Assembly: GCA_963724315.1 (NCBI GenBank) | Contig: CAVRUF010000010.1 | Location: 60,956 to 124,955, forward strand | DNA from: an uncultured Actinomycetes bacterium | GTDB lineage: Bacteria > Actinomycetota > Thermoleophilia > Gaiellales > Gaiellaceae | DNA: 64,000 nucleotides | Direction of reading: 5' to 3' | Part shown: piece after piece, positions 28,679 to 39,407 of the stretch | Layout: each line of letters starts with the position of its first letter | Position numbering within the stretch: position 1 is the first letter of the stretch | Translations under genes and position numbers: made by a program | Notes under the pieces: model-generated | Told to the model about the DNA's origin: nothing | The model's input: the letters and a program-made list of their open reading frames with translations, nothing else | The model's database searches: none

Positions 28679-29936
28679 GGATATTGGTGGCCTCCGCGAC
28701 CCGCGCGACGCCGAGCGCATACGCCGCCTGCCGCATCGTCAACGACTTGCTCTCGTGGAGCTCCCAGGTCTCCGTGAACGCCCGCGTGATGATGTCGTCG
28801 AGCCGCTGGTTGACCTCCTCCTCCTTCCAGAAGTACTCCTGCAGTCCCTGTACCCACTCGAAGTAGGAGACGACCACGCCGCCCGCGTTCACCAGGATGT
28901 CCGGCAGGACGAGAACGCCCTTGTCGTCGAGGATCTCGTCGGCCTCGACGGTGGTCGGGCCGTTCGCGCCCTCGCAGACGATCGTCGCCTTCACGTCGGC
29001 GGCGTTCTCGCTGGTCAGCACCTGCTCGAGCGCGCACGGCGCGAGCACGTCGCAGTCGAGCAGGAGGAGATCGTCGTTCGAGATGTCGTCCGAGCCGGCG
29101 AACCCGCTCAGGGCGCCGGTCAGCTCCTTGTGCCGCCGGACCTCGACCAGGTCGATGCCCTTCTCGCACACGATGCCGCCGGTCGAGTCGGACAGCCCGA
29201 TGATCGTGGCGCCCTCGTCCGCGAGCAGCTCGGCGAGATGGCGGCCGACGTTCCCGAAGCCCTGCACGACGACCCGCGCGCCGGTGAGCTCACGGCCGCT
29301 CCGCCGGAGCGCCTCGCGCGCGCAGAACCCGGCGCCGCGCCCGGTCGCCTTCTCGCGTCCGAGCGAGCCGCCGACATTGACCGGCTTCCCGGTGACGACG
29401 CCGAGCACCGAGTAGCCCTGGTTCATCGAGTACGTGTCGAAGATCCACGCCATCACCTGCGCGCTCGTCCCGACGTCCGGCGCCGGGATGTCCTTCTCCG
29501 GCCCGATCTGCGTGATGATCTCGGTCGTGTAGCGGCGCGTCAGCCGCTCGAGCTCGGACATCGTCAGATCCTTGGGATTGCAGACGACGCCGCCCTTCGC
29601 GCCGCCGAACGGAAGCTCCATGAGCGCGCACTTCCACGTCATCCACATGGCGAGCGCCTTCGTCTCCTCGAGCGTCACGGCCGGGTGGTAGCGCAGGCCG
29701 CCCTTGGAGGGCCCGCGCGCGACGTTGTGCGTGACCCGGAAGCCCTTGAAGACGTCGACCGAGCCGTCGTCGCGCCGCGTCGGGATCGACACCTCGATCG
29801 CCTTCTTGCACTCGATGAGGACGCCCAGCATGCCGTCGTCCAGCTCGAGCAGGGCCGCGGTGCGCCGCAGCTGCTCCCGCGCCATCTCCCACGGGTCTTC
29901 CTGCGCGAACGACGTCGGGGTCTGGACGGTCGTCAC
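28662..29936 (-). CDS. gdhA: Glu/Leu/Phe/Val dehydrogenase family, glutamate dehydrogenase
   Basis: Intact 424-aa ORF with …GPSKGGLRYHP…LAMWMTWKCALMELPFGGAKGG… and the Rossmann motif VVVQGFGNVG. Confidence 0.9.
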   Translation of the reverse strand: MTTVQTPTSFAQEDPWEMAREQLRRTAALLELDDGMLGVLIECKKAIEVSIPTRRDDGSVDVFKGFRVTHNVARGPSKGGLRYHPAVTLEETKALAMWMTWKCALMELPFGGAKGGVVCNPKDLTMSELERLTRRYTTEIITQIGPEKDIPAPDVGTSAQVMAWIFDTYSMNQGYSVLGVVTGKPVNVGGSLGREKATGRGAGFCAREALRRSGRELTGARVVVQGFGNVGRHLAELLADEGATIIGLSDSTGGIVCEKGIDLVEVRRHKELTGALSGFAGSDDISNDDLLLLDCDVLAPCALEQVLTSENAADVKATIVCEGANGPTTVEADEILDDKGVLVLPDILVNAGGVVVSYFEWVQGLQEYFWKEEEVNQRLDDIITRAFTETWELHESKSLTMRQAAYALGVARVAEATNIRGLYP

Positions 29937-32570
29937 TCAGACCGGAGTCTAAACCGCACGTCCACGGAAGTTGCACTCGCGCCCACGTCGCCCGAGGGCG
30001 GGTAGGCGACGAGGCGCAGCGTGTAGACGCCGGGCCGCAGGACCCGGCCGTGCGGGCCGCGGCCTGTGAGGCCGAGCGCGTAGCGGCCGGGGAGAAGATC
30101 GTGGAGCCGGGTGAGGACGCCGAGGCGCTTCTCGCCGCGCCAGAGCTCGACGACGAGGAGCTGCACGGGCTCGACCGCCTGGCCGTTCTCGTCGGTCGCG
30201 ACCCGGCCGGCGCGGAAGGCGAGCACGGCGGGCGCGACGTCGGAGGCCGTGAACTCCTCGGCCGAGAGCGCGACGTTGCCGATCAGCGGCGCGGGGCTCG
30301 CGTCGCGGAAGCTGACCGCCCACGGGAGCCGCACCGGTCGCGACCCCTGCGGCGCCACGACGAACGCGCCGCCGGCGCTGCCCTCGAGCGGGCCGGTTCC
30401 CGAGGCGACGAGCGCCACGTCCGCGGTTGCGCCGGGGATGACGGACACATGGGCCGGCGAGGCGGCGAAGCTGAGCTCGGGCGCGCCCCACGTGTCCCGC
30501 GCCAGCCCGAGGTCGATCTCGAGCGGTCGCGTGGAGAGGTTCCGGATCCGGACGGTCTGCGTGACCTGCCAGCCTCGGCCGCCGTCGACCCGTCCGTACG
30601 CGAGCGTCACCGGCTCGGCTGCGATCTCGGCCGAGGCCGCGCCGGCGGCGTCGACGATCCCCGCGCCCTGCACCGTCACCGGCTCGGGGCCCGTCTCGAG
30701 CACGATCTGGCGGGCGCTGCCGACGAGCAGGCTGCGCAGCTCGCCCGTCGTGAGGCCCGGGCGCGCCTGGGTCACCGCGGCCGCCGCGCCCGCCGCAACC
30801 GCCGCGGCGACGCTCGATCCGGTCGCGGTCGCGTAGCGCTCGGTGCCGTCGGAGTTCCGGCCGCCGTCGGACGTCGCGATGCCGACGCCGGGGGCGACGA
30901 CGTCCGGCTTCACCTGGCCGCCGAAGGCCATCCCGCCGGAGGAGAACGGAGCGACGTCGCCGGCCAGCCCGTTCGCGACGCCGCGCACGCCGGCGAACGC
31001 GACCGTGACCGGCGTTCCGTCGACCAGCGCGTCGAGCGCCTCGTTGCCGGCGTCCGCGGGGAGCCCGACGACCGGCACCGCGGTTCCCTCGTCGAGGTCG
31101 AGCGAGCCTGCGCGCACGCGCGTGCCCGCGACGAGCACGGCGCCCGCGCCGGCGCGCGACGGCGTTGCGCACGCGGGTGTCGAGCGCGCTTCCGGCCGGG
31201 AGGATCGCGGCCCGTCCCGCCACGCGGCTGACGCCGTTCGCATCGAAGAAGTCGGCGAGCGCGGCGCCGTCCGCGACGTCGCTCTCGGCCCGGTCGGGGT
31301 CGGCAAGCGACGGCCCGGCGAGCGCGACCGCCTCGAGCTGTCCCTCGGGCGGAAGCACGCCGAGCACCGGCGCAGCGCCGGAGAAGACCTCGTCGCCGCC
31401 GGCGGCGACCTTCGTGTCGGCCTCGAGCGTCGTCGCCCGAAGATCCACGGCGCCGACGGTCAGCGCGCTCGCGGCGCCGCCGGGATCGCCGACGGTTCCG
31501 AACCCGCGGCCCGCCCGGCCGTCGTTTCCGGACGGAGCGACGACGAGCGTGCCGAGCTGCGCGGCGCCCGCGACCGCGCGGGCCTCGGGGCTGTCCGGGA
31601 AGGACGCGTACGGCTCGACGACCGCGGCCAGCGCGACCGGAAGCGCGTCGGAGACGTCGCCGTCGCGGTTCGGGTCGACCGCGCGCTCGAGCCCGGCGAG
31701 CAGCGTGTCGCCGTGGCCGAGCAGCGCGTAGGAGCCGTCGTCGGTCTGCTCCCAGCCGAGAATCCTGATCGGAACGATCGTCGCGCCGGGGACCACGCCC
31801 TGCAGGCCGGTCGGGCCGTCGGCGCCGACGAGGATGCCCGCCATGCGCGTGCCGTGCGGCTCGAGACGGCCGGGATCGTCCGGCTTCGGCTCGGCCGCGG
31901 CGCTGCGGTCGTTGTCCACGATGTCGTAGCCGGGCCGGACGCGGCCGCCGAGGTACGGGTGGTCGAGATCGACGCCCGAGTCGAGCAGCCCGATCTTGAC
32001 GCCGGCGCCGTCGAAGCCCGGGAGCGCGGCGTCGAGCCTGCGTCCCGCGCCGGCGGCGAACTCGGAGCTCGTCAGAGCCTGGGCGGTCAGCGCCGCCGGA
32101 TAGAGCGTGCGCACCGGGTAGACGCCGACGATGCCGTCCATCCGCTCCAGCTCGGCCTGGGCGCGCCCGTCGAGCACCGCGGAGAAGCCGTTCAGCGTGC
32201 GCGTGAAGGAGCGCTCGCGCTTGACCGTGACGCCGCGCTCGGCCAGCCGCTCGAGGAGGAGCCGCTGCGAGGCGTCCGCCTCGGCGAGCCAGCGCTGCTG
32301 GTCGGCGGGCGTCGGCATGGACTCCGAGCGGGCGATCGAGTCGGCGAGCGACGGCGCGGCGAGCACGACGATCATCCGCTCGGCCTGCCCGGACTCGGGC
32401 CGTTCGCCGAAGATGTCGCTCCAGGCCGACGCCGCCGCCTGGAGGGCGGACTCGCCCGCGCCCAGGACGGGGGCCGCGAAGACGACCGCGACGGCGCAGG
32501 CCGCAACGAGCGCGAGAACGGCCGGACCCGCCGCGCGGCGCCTCGAGTTACGCCGCGGAGGCATACGCAT
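29933..32570 (-). pseudogene. secreted S8 subtilisin-like serine protease with inhibitor-I9-like propeptide, PA-like insert and C-terminal beta-domains; one frame break near 31170
   Basis: MRMPPRRNSRRRAAGPAVLALVAACAVAVVFA…GLLDSGVD (Asp)…EPHGTRMAGI (His) lies in ORF 29949..32711. This joins …YATATGSSVAAAVAAGAAA (Ser) in ORF 29933..31306. GTGA overlap with the gdh start. Confidence 0.8.
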
Positions 32571-33513
32571 CGAGCTCAAGGTAGCGAGGATACGGAATCG
32601 CACGTACGAACCTGCCGGCAGAGGCGACCATCGCTGCGTTATCGGTACAAAGCTGAAGCGGGACAAGAGCGGCGTCCGGGAAGGCGGCTCGAAGCTCGGA
32701 GTTGGCCGCAACGCCGCCGACGACCGCGATCTGCGTCGCTCCGAGCGCCTCGGCGGCGGCCCGGGTCCGCTCCACGAGCGCCCGCACGATCGCGCGCTGG
32801 TAGGACGCGGCGAGATCGGCGCGACGGCGTTCCAGCTCCTCCGGGGCGAGGTCGCGCACCGCGTAGACGAGCGCGGTCTTCACGCCCGAGAACGAGAAGT
32901 CGTACGCGGGGACCCGGGCGACCGGGAACGCGAACGCCTCGGGATCTCCCTCGCGGGCGAGCCGGTCGATCGCCGCCCCGCCCGGGTAGCCGAGCCCGAG
33001 GAGCCGCGCGCCCTTGTCGAACGCCTCGCCCGCCGCGTCGTCGAGCGTCGTCCCGAGGACGCGGTAGCCGGACCGCTCGGTGACGTCGAGGAGCAGCGTG
33101 TGCCCTCCGCTCGCGAGCAGCGCGAGGAAGGGCGGCTCGAGCGGATCGGGCTCGAGGTAGAGCGCCGCGACGTGCGCGTGCAGATGATCCACCGGGACGA
33201 GGGGCAGCCGCAGCGACCACGCGAGCGCCTTCGCGGCCGAGACGCCGACGAGCAGCGCCCCGATCAGCCCGGGCCCGCGGGTGACGGCGACCGTGTCGAG
33301 ATCCGCGAAGCCGGCGCCGGCCTCCTCGAGCGCCTCGTGCACGACGGGCGCGAACAGCTCGAGGTGACGCCGCGACGCGATCTCGGGGACGACGCCGCCG
33401 TAGCGCGCGTGCAGCTCGGCCTGGGACGCGATCACGTTCGAGCGGATCTCGCCGTCGCGGGTGACGACGGCCGCGGCGGTCTCGTCGCAGGAGGTCTCGA
33501 TCCCGAGGAGCAT
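32548..33513 (-). CDS. tsaD: tRNA N6-adenosine threonylcarbamoyltransferase
   Basis: Intact 321-aa ORF reading MLLGIETSCDETAAAVV…H..AH…SGGHT…GYPGG…. Confidence 0.92.
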   Translation of the reverse strand: MLLGIETSCDETAAAVVTRDGEIRSNVIASQAELHARYGGVVPEIASRRHLELFAPVVHEALEEAGAGFADLDTVAVTRGPGLIGALLVGVSAAKALAWSLRLPLVPVDHLHAHVAALYLEPDPLEPPFLALLASGGHTLLLDVTERSGYRVLGTTLDDAAGEAFDKGARLLGLGYPGGAAIDRLAREGDPEAFAFPVARVPAYDFSFSGVKTALVYAVRDLAPEELERRRADLAASYQRAIVRALVERTRAAAEALGATQIAVVGGVAANSELRAAFPDAALVPLQLCTDNAAMVASAGRFVRAIPYPRYLELDAYASAA

Positions 33514-33516
33514 GGG

Positions 33517-33993
33517 CTAGTTGGCCCGCGCTTCGACCTGCTCGACGAGCGGGTCCTTCCACATGACGAGCGCGTCCTCGCGGTTGTCCGTGTAGTAGCC
33601 GCGCCGCACGCCCGTCGGCGCGAAGCCGAGGCTCTCGTAGAGCGCGATCGCCGACGCGTTCGAGACGCGGACCTCGAGCGTGTACCCGCGCCGCTCGTCG
33701 TCCGCGGTGACGCGGAAGAGCTCCTCGAGCATCTGGGTCGCGATTCCCCGCCGCCGGTACGGCTCCGCGACCGCGACGTTCATCACGTGCCAGGCGTCGA
33801 CGTAGCGGGAGATGATCAGGTAGCCGACGAGCCGCTCGTCGGCAGGGTCGAACGCGCCGAGCGAGATCGACGACGGCTTGGCCAGCTCGCCCGCGAACAT
33901 CGAGCGCGACCACGGCGTCGGGTAGGCGGTGCGCTCGATCACTTCGATCGCGTCGAGGTCGCCGAGCGTCAGCCTGCGGAAGTCGAGCGTCAT
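33517..33993 (-). CDS. rimI: ribosomal-protein-alanine N-acetyltransferase (GNAT)
   Basis: 158-aa ORF with …NVAVAEPYRRRGIATQMLEEL…, the GNAT acetyl-CoA motif. It sits between tsaB and tsaD. Confidence 0.85.
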   Translation of the reverse strand: MTLDFRRLTLGDLDAIEVIERTAYPTPWSRSMFAGELAKPSSISLGAFDPADERLVGYLIISRYVDAWHVMNVAVAEPYRRRGIATQMLEELFRVTADDERRGYTLEVRVSNASAIALYESLGFAPTGVRRGYYTDNREDALVMWKDPLVEQVEARAN

Positions 33994-34607
33994 GGCCTGA
34001 GTGTGCCCGCCCGGCGGTTCTTCTCGGCGTCGGGAATGCGCAGGTAGAGCGGCTCGAGCGCGTCGGCCGGCCCGAATTCGGCGGCGAGCCCCGCGAGGTT
34101 GCGCGCCCAGGGGACATGCTCGCCGCTTTCGTCCTGCGGCACGACACCGCCCGCGGCCTCGATCTCGGCCCGGTACAGGACGGCCCCGTCGCCCACGTAC
34201 CGGACGCCCGGCTCCACCCGGAGCTCCTGGGGCGCGAGGACGACGGGCGTGCCGTTCGCGCGCGTGAACACTTCTCCACGGCGCGCGTCGAGCACCGGGA
34301 CAGAACCTGGGGGCGCCCCCGCGGCGAGCGTGTCGAGGGTCGAGACGCCCGCAGTCTGCACGCCCAGGGAGAGCGCCAGCGTGCGCGCGGTCACGAGTCC
34401 CATGCGCAGGCCGGTGTAGCTCCCCGGCCCGGTTCCGACGGCGAGCGCGTCGAGGTCGGACGCCTCCGCCCCGGCCTCGGCGAGCAGCTCGTCGGCGTCC
34501 GCGAGGACGCGAAAGGCGCGCGAGCGCCGCTCCCCGAGCACCTCTCCATCCCGGAGGAGCGCCACGGTGGCGGCGTCGGTCGCTGTGTCGAAGGCGAGGA
34601 GCAGCAT
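33990..34607 (-). CDS. tsaB: tRNA threonylcarbamoyladenosine biosynthesis protein TsaB
   Basis: 205-aa ORF reading MLLLAFDTATDAATVAL…VGTGPGSYTGLRMG…, with conserved operon position. Confidence 0.85.
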   Translation of the reverse strand: MLLLAFDTATDAATVALLRDGEVLGERRSRAFRVLADADELLAEAGAEASDLDALAVGTGPGSYTGLRMGLVTARTLALSLGVQTAGVSTLDTLAAGAPPGSVPVLDARRGEVFTRANGTPVVLAPQELRVEPGVRYVGDGAVLYRAEIEAAGGVVPQDESGEHVPWARNLAGLAAEFGPADALEPLYLRIPDAEKNRRAGTLRP

Positions 34608-34658
34608 CAGTTTCCCGTGTTTTCCAGGGGTTTTGCGGCGTCCTGAACCCGAATCAGT

Positions 34659-35048
34659 CTACGGTCGCCCTCCAGGAGCCGCAACAGAACCCGCAGGCGC
34701 GGCGGGCGGAAGGAAGCCCTCGCCGGCCTCGGGCCACTCGACGAAGGCGACCGCGCCGTCGAAGTACGGCTCGAGGTCGGCCCAGTCGGCCTCGCCGAGC
34801 GTCTCGAAGCGGTACAGGTCGAGGTGAGCGACGGGAACCCGTCCGGGATACCGGTGACCGATCGCGAACGTCGGGCTCGTCACCGGAACCGTGACGCCGA
34901 GCGCCCGGCAGGCGCCGCGCACGAAGGTCGTCTTGCCCGCGCCGAGGTCGCCCGAGACCGCCACGACGTCGCCCGGCTCGAGACCCGCCGCCAGCTCGAG
35001 CGCGATGCGCTCGGTCTCCTCGGGCGAGGAGGACGTGAGCTCGATCAT
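34659..35048 (-). CDS. tsaE: tRNA threonylcarbamoyladenosine biosynthesis ATPase TsaE
   Basis: 129-aa ORF with Walker [15 protein letters not shown], and HLDLYR. Confidence 0.88.
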   Translation of the reverse strand: MIELTSSSPEETERIALELAAGLEPGDVVAVSGDLGAGKTTFVRGACRALGVTVPVTSPTFAIGHRYPGRVPVAHLDLYRFETLGEADWADLEPYFDGAVAFVEWPEAGEGFLPPAAPAGSVAAPGGRP

Positions 35049-35057
35049 CGCCGAAGG

Positions 35058-35754
35058 CTAGAAAAGATCGAGCTGCTCGACGGCGGGGAGCGCCGGCTCG
35101 GGCGGCGCGGCGGCGTGCAGCTCGATCACGTCGGCCGCGGGCGCCTCCTCGACCGTGCGGCCGAGCAGGGCGGGAATGCGGGCGAAGTCCTCCTCGAGCG
35201 TGCGCAGCATCGCCGGCGTGTAGAGCGCTGCGGCCGGATGGAAGATCGGGTAGAGCGTCACCGTGCGCCCGCCGACGCTCGCCTCCTGCGGCGTCCCGTG
35301 CACGCGCGTGATCCCGTCCGGCTTGCCCGACAGGAGCTTCGTGGCGAAGTTGCCGAGCGTCGCGACGAGCTTCGGCTCGATCAGCTCGAGCTGGCGGAAG
35401 AGGTGCGGCTCGCAGGCATCGATCTCGTCCGGCTGCGGGTCGCGGTTCCCGGGCGGGCGGCACTTGAGGACGTTCGCGATGTACACGCTCTCGCGGTCGA
35501 GCCCGATCCCGGCGAGCAGCTTGTCGAGGAGCTTTCCGGCCTGGCCGACGAACGGGTAGCCCTGCTGGTCTTCGTGGAAGCCCGGGCGCCTCGCCCACGA
35601 ACATGAGGTCGGCGTCCGGGTCGCCGACGCCGAAGACGACCTGCGTCCGGCCCTCGGCCAGACGGCAGCGCGTGCAGACGGAGGTCTCGGCCGCGTAGGC
35701 GGCCAGCGCCTCGCTTCTCGTCAGTGCGTCAACCGCAGCCACAGCTTCCGCCAC
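35058..35754 (-). pseudogene. uracil-DNA glycosylase family 4, one frame break near 35585
   Basis: …[32 protein letters not shown] (ORF 34654..35754) joins …[17 protein letters not shown]…ACEPHL…ATLGNFA…HP (ORF 35058..35486). Confidence 0.8.
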
Positions 35755-35938
35755 AGCAACCGCCCGAGGCGCTGCCGAAGCTCGGCTGCTCGGCGGCGCC
35801 GTGAGCGGCGAACACGGAGAGCTGGCGGCGCGTCTGACCGGAACCGCAGTCGGGGCAGTCCGGATCGGCGTCGCTCAGCCGCAGGAGCTCCTCGAAATGG
35901 CTCTCGCACTCCATGCACACGAACTCGTAGATCGGCAT
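35729..35938 (-). CDS. FmdB-family putative regulatory zinc-ribbon protein
   Basis: [19 protein letters not shown]…CPDCGS… followed by a Gly/Cys-rich tail (CxxC_CxxC_SSSS pattern). Confidence 0.8.
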   Translation of the reverse strand: MPIYEFVCMECESHFEELLRLSDADPDCPDCGSGQTRRQLSVFAAHGAAEQPSFGSASGGCCGGSCGCG

Positions 35939-36083
35939 CGCCAACGCAGTCTAGTGGCTCGGTGCGACGTCTGGTCCGACCGCGGTTGTCGCTAAAGTCC
36001 TGCGTCTACGCGTCGATGGGAGAACCAGGGGGGTTGGTTCGTATTTCCGTAGTACCGCCGCAAAACAGGGATGAAGGAACGCC

Positions 36084-37022
36084 GTGCGCCGTGGACTGAT
36101 CGCAACGATCGGGCCGCTCGCGGCACTCGCGCTCGTGCTCGGGTTCTTCTCGATCCTGCGCTCACTGGGCGCCGACGTGCAGTCGCTCGGACCGCTGCCG
36201 CTGCCCGTGCCGCGCACGGACGAGAGCGCGACCGTGGCAGTCCCGCCAGCGGCGCGGCCCCCTGTCCCCACTCCGCAGAGCCCGGCGGCCACGGTGCCCC
36301 CGCCCTCGCCCGCGCCCTCGCCCGTCACCGGGAGCCTCATCACGTCGCCGCCGGCTGCGCCGCTCGCCCCTCCCGAGCAGCCGGTCGGAAACGACGGGCC
36401 CGCGACGCCCTCGACACCTTCCGGCAGCCCGCCCGCGCCGCCTGGGATCCGCGACTCCGGGCGAGGGCCCGTCCGAGCCGGGCCCGGGTACGCCGCCGCC
36501 TCCTCCTCCCCCCGGCACCCCGACCGGCAACGACGGCGACCCGGACGAGCCGAACGGCGACGACCCCTGGTGGCGGCACCACCACGGCGGCAAGCACTCG
36601 CAGGGCGACCGCAAGCACGGTCACGGCCACGGGCACCACGGGAACCGACATCACGGCGACAAGCACGACCAGGGCGACGACAACGACGGCGACCGCGGCC
36701 GGCACCACGGCGACCGGCATCACGGCGACCGGCACCACGGCAACCGGCACGACGGGGACAAGGGCGACCAGGGCGACGGCGACCGGGGCCGCCACCACGG
36801 CAACCGGACCACGGCGACCGCCACCACGGGGACAAGGGCGACCGGGCGACGACGACCGGGGCCGCCACCACGGAAACCGCCACCGCGAGGACAAGGGCGA
36901 CGGCGGCGACGACCGCTCCCGCGACCGTGACGACGACCACGACGGCCATCACGGCCACCGCTCCGGACGGCGACGACGACGGACATTCGTCACACCACGG
37001 CGGCCGGCGGCACCGCGACTAG
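36084..37022 (+). pseudogene. membrane-anchored Pro-rich / His-Asp-Gly-repeat protein of unknown function, about 4 frame breaks
   Basis: GTG 36084 opens MRRGLIATIGPLAALALVLGFFSIL (TM helix). A Pro-rich segment follows (PPVPTPQSPAATVPPPSPAPSP…). Hand translation of 36540-37020 then gives GDPDEPNGDDPWWRHHHGGKHSQGDRKHGHGHGHHGNRHHGDKHDQGDDNDGDRGRHHGDRHHGDRHHGNRHDGDKGDQGDGDRGRHHGN… spread over alternating frames, ending …DGDDDGHSSHHGGRRHRD at the stop at 37022. Confidence 0.45.
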
Positions 37023-37079
37023 GCCCTCCGCTGGCTAGACTGCGGCCGCCCGGTATCCGCGAGGAACTGGAGCCGCCTG

Positions 37080-37773
37080 ATGAGCTTCCAATCGATCTGC
37101 GTCGTCGGCGACGGCCGCGTCGGACGGGCCGTCTCCGCCCGCTTGCTCGAGCGCGGCCTGGCCGTGCGCTCGACGACGCGCGAGCCGGCGTGGGACGGGG
37201 CCGACCTCGTCGTTCTCTGCGTGCCGGACCGGGCGATCGCCGAGGTGGCGGCGCAGGTTCCCGTCGGCCCGTGGATCGCGCACATGAGCGGCGCGACGAC
37301 GGCTCGACGCGCTGGCGCCGCACACGCGCCGGTTCAGCGTCCATCCGTTGCAGACGTTCGTCCTGAGCCGCGGCCCCGAGCAGCTCGACGGGATCTGGAG
37401 CGCCGTGAGCGGCGAGTCGCCCGAGGCGCTCGAGACCGGCTTCGCGCTCGCCGGGACGCTCGGCCTGCGCCCGTTCGAGCTGGCCGACGCCGACCGGCCC
37501 CTCTACCACGCCGGCGCGGCGTTCGCGGTCGCGTTCGTGGTCACGCTGCACGAGGTGGCGTCCGAGATCTTCCGTGAGGTGGGCGCGCCCGTCGAGGCGC
37601 TCGAGGCGCTCATGCGCCGCACGATCGACAACGGGTTCGAGCTCACCGGCCCGCACCGGCGGGGCGACTGGAAGACGGTCGACGAGCACATCGCGGCCCT
37701 CCACGAGCGGCATCCCGAGATCGAGCCGCTCTACCGCGCGCTCTCCGACGCGACGGCGGCCCGGCCGGAATGA
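37080..37773 (+). pseudogene. Rossmann-like + DUF2520 domain protein (putative oxidoreductase of the pantothenate cluster), one frame break near 37300
   Basis: MSFQSICVVGDGRVGRAVSARLLERG…DLVVLCVPDRAI (ORF 37080..37577) joins …HPLQTFVLS…PLYHAGAAFA… (ORF 37348..37773). It overlaps the panC start. Confidence 0.6.
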
Positions 37774-38574
37774 ACGTCGCCCGAACGGCGGCCGAGGCGC
37801 GGGCCGCGCATCCGACGGAGGGAACGGTCGGGCTCGTCCCCACGATGGGCGCGCTGCACGAGGGTCACCTCTCGCTCCTGCGCGCCGCGCGCGCCGAATG
37901 CGACTTCGTCACCGTCAGCGTCTTCGTGAACCCGGCGCAGTTCGGGCCGAACGAGGATCTCGCCCGCTATCCCCGCGACGAGGCCGGCGACCTGAAGCTG
38001 CTCGAGGCGGGCGGCGCCGATCTCGTGTTCATGCCGCCCGCCGACGGAGATCTATCCGCCGGGCTTCGACGACTGGATCGAGGTCGCCGAGGTCTCCGAA
38101 GGCCTCGAGGGCGACGCGCGGCCGGGACACTTCCGCGGCGTCGCGACCGTGTGCGCGCGGCTCTTCTCCATCCTGGAGCCGGATCGCGCCTACTTCGGCC
38201 AGAAGGACGCGCAGCAGGCCGAGGTGATCGCACGGCTGATCGAGGAGCTCGGGCTCGGGATCGAGCTGCGCGTCCTCCCGACGGTGCGCGACGCCGACGG
38301 CGTGGCGCTCTCCTCCCGCAACGCGTACCTGAGCCCGGAGGAACGCGAGGCCGCGCGGGCGATTCCGCGCGCGCTCGCGGCCGGCGAGGAGGCGTTCCGA
38401 AGCGGGGACGATCCGGCCGCCGCTGCCCGTGCGGTGCTCGCCGCGGAGCCCGGACTCGAGATCGACTACGTCGAGACCGCACACTGGAGCCCGCGGACGG
38501 TGCTTGCCGTCGCGGTGCGCGCCGGCGCCACGCGGCTCATCGACAACGTCATTCTGGAAGGATCCTGGGCATGA
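37770..38574 (+). pseudogene. panC: pantoate--beta-alanine ligase, one frame break near 38045
   Basis: …[22 protein letters not shown]…[16 protein letters not shown] (ORF 37770) joins …[16 protein letters not shown]…[10 protein letters not shown]…SSRN.YL (ORF 38149..38574). Confidence 0.88.
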
Positions 38575-39407
38575 AGCTTCCGCTCACCGAGCTGGCCGCG
38601 ATGAAGGCCGAGGGCCGCACGATCGTGATGGTCACGGCCTACGACTGCCCGACCGGACGCCTCGCGGACGAGGCGGGGATCGACATCGTCCTCGTGGGCG
38701 ACTCGGCCGCGATGACGGTGCTCGGCCACGACTCGACGGTTCCGGCCACGATGGAGGAGATGCTGATGCTCGCGCGCGCGTGCGCGCGAGGGGCCAAGAG
38801 GCCGCTCGTCGTCGGCGACCTGCCGTTCGGCTCGTACCAGGTGAACGACGAGGACGCGGTGCGAAACGCGATCCGGTTCGTGAAGGAGGCCGGGATGGAC
38901 GCCGTGAAGCTCGAAGGCGCCGGCCCCGAGGCGGACCGCGTGCGCGCGATCGTCGGCGCCGGGATCCCGGTCATGGGCCATCTGGGCCTGACCCCGCAGT
39001 CGGCGACGATGCTCGGCGGCTTCCGGGCGCAGGGCCGCACGGCCCCGGAGGCGAAGCGGCTGCTCGACGACGCGCTCGCGCTCCAGGAGGCGGGCTGCTT
39101 CGCGCTCGTGCTCGAGGCGGTTCCGGCGGCCGTGGCCGCGCGCGTGACCGCGGCGCTTTCGATTCCCACGATCGGGATCGGCTCCGGCCCGGACTGCGAC
39201 GGCCAGGTGCTCGTGCTCCACGACCTGCTGGGGCTCTACGACGGCCGCCCGGCGCGGTTCGTGAAGCGTTACGCGGAGGTCGGCGACACGATCAAGCACG
39301 CGCTGGAGCGCTTCGCCGCCGACGTCCGCTCGGGCGCGTTCCCCGAGGACGAGCACACGTACTCGATCCCGGACGACGAGCTCGCGCGCTTCGAGGCCGA
39401 CCTCTAG
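38571..39407 (+). CDS. panB: 3-methyl-2-oxobutanoate hydroxymethyltransferase
   Basis: ATG 38571 overlaps the panC stop (ATGA). [25 protein letters not shown]…VLVGDS…GDLPFGSYQ…VKLEGG-like…GHLGLTPQS…IGIG.G..CDGQVLV. Confidence 0.9.
   Translation: MKLPLTELAAMKAEGRTIVMVTAYDCPTGRLADEAGIDIVLVGDSAAMTVLGHDSTVPATMEEMLMLARACARGAKRPLVVGDLPFGSYQVNDEDAVRNAIRFVKEAGMDAVKLEGAGPEADRVRAIVGAGIPVMGHLGLTPQSATMLGGFRAQGRTAPEAKRLLDDALALQEAGCFALVLEAVPAAVAARVTAALSIPTIGIGSGPDCDGQVLVLHDLLGLYDGRPARFVKRYAEVGDTIKHALERFAADVRSGAFPEDEHTYSIPDDELARFEADL

Noticed and set aside
36071-37366. Alternative long ORFs through the His-rich region (36071..37366 +, 35951..36958 -, 36340..36894 -)
   Set aside because: These are low-complexity translations generated by the GC-rich short repeats in every frame. 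Only the reading that begins with a TM helix and yields coherent Pro-rich then His/Asp/Gly repeats makes biological sense. Even that call is only moderate confidence.
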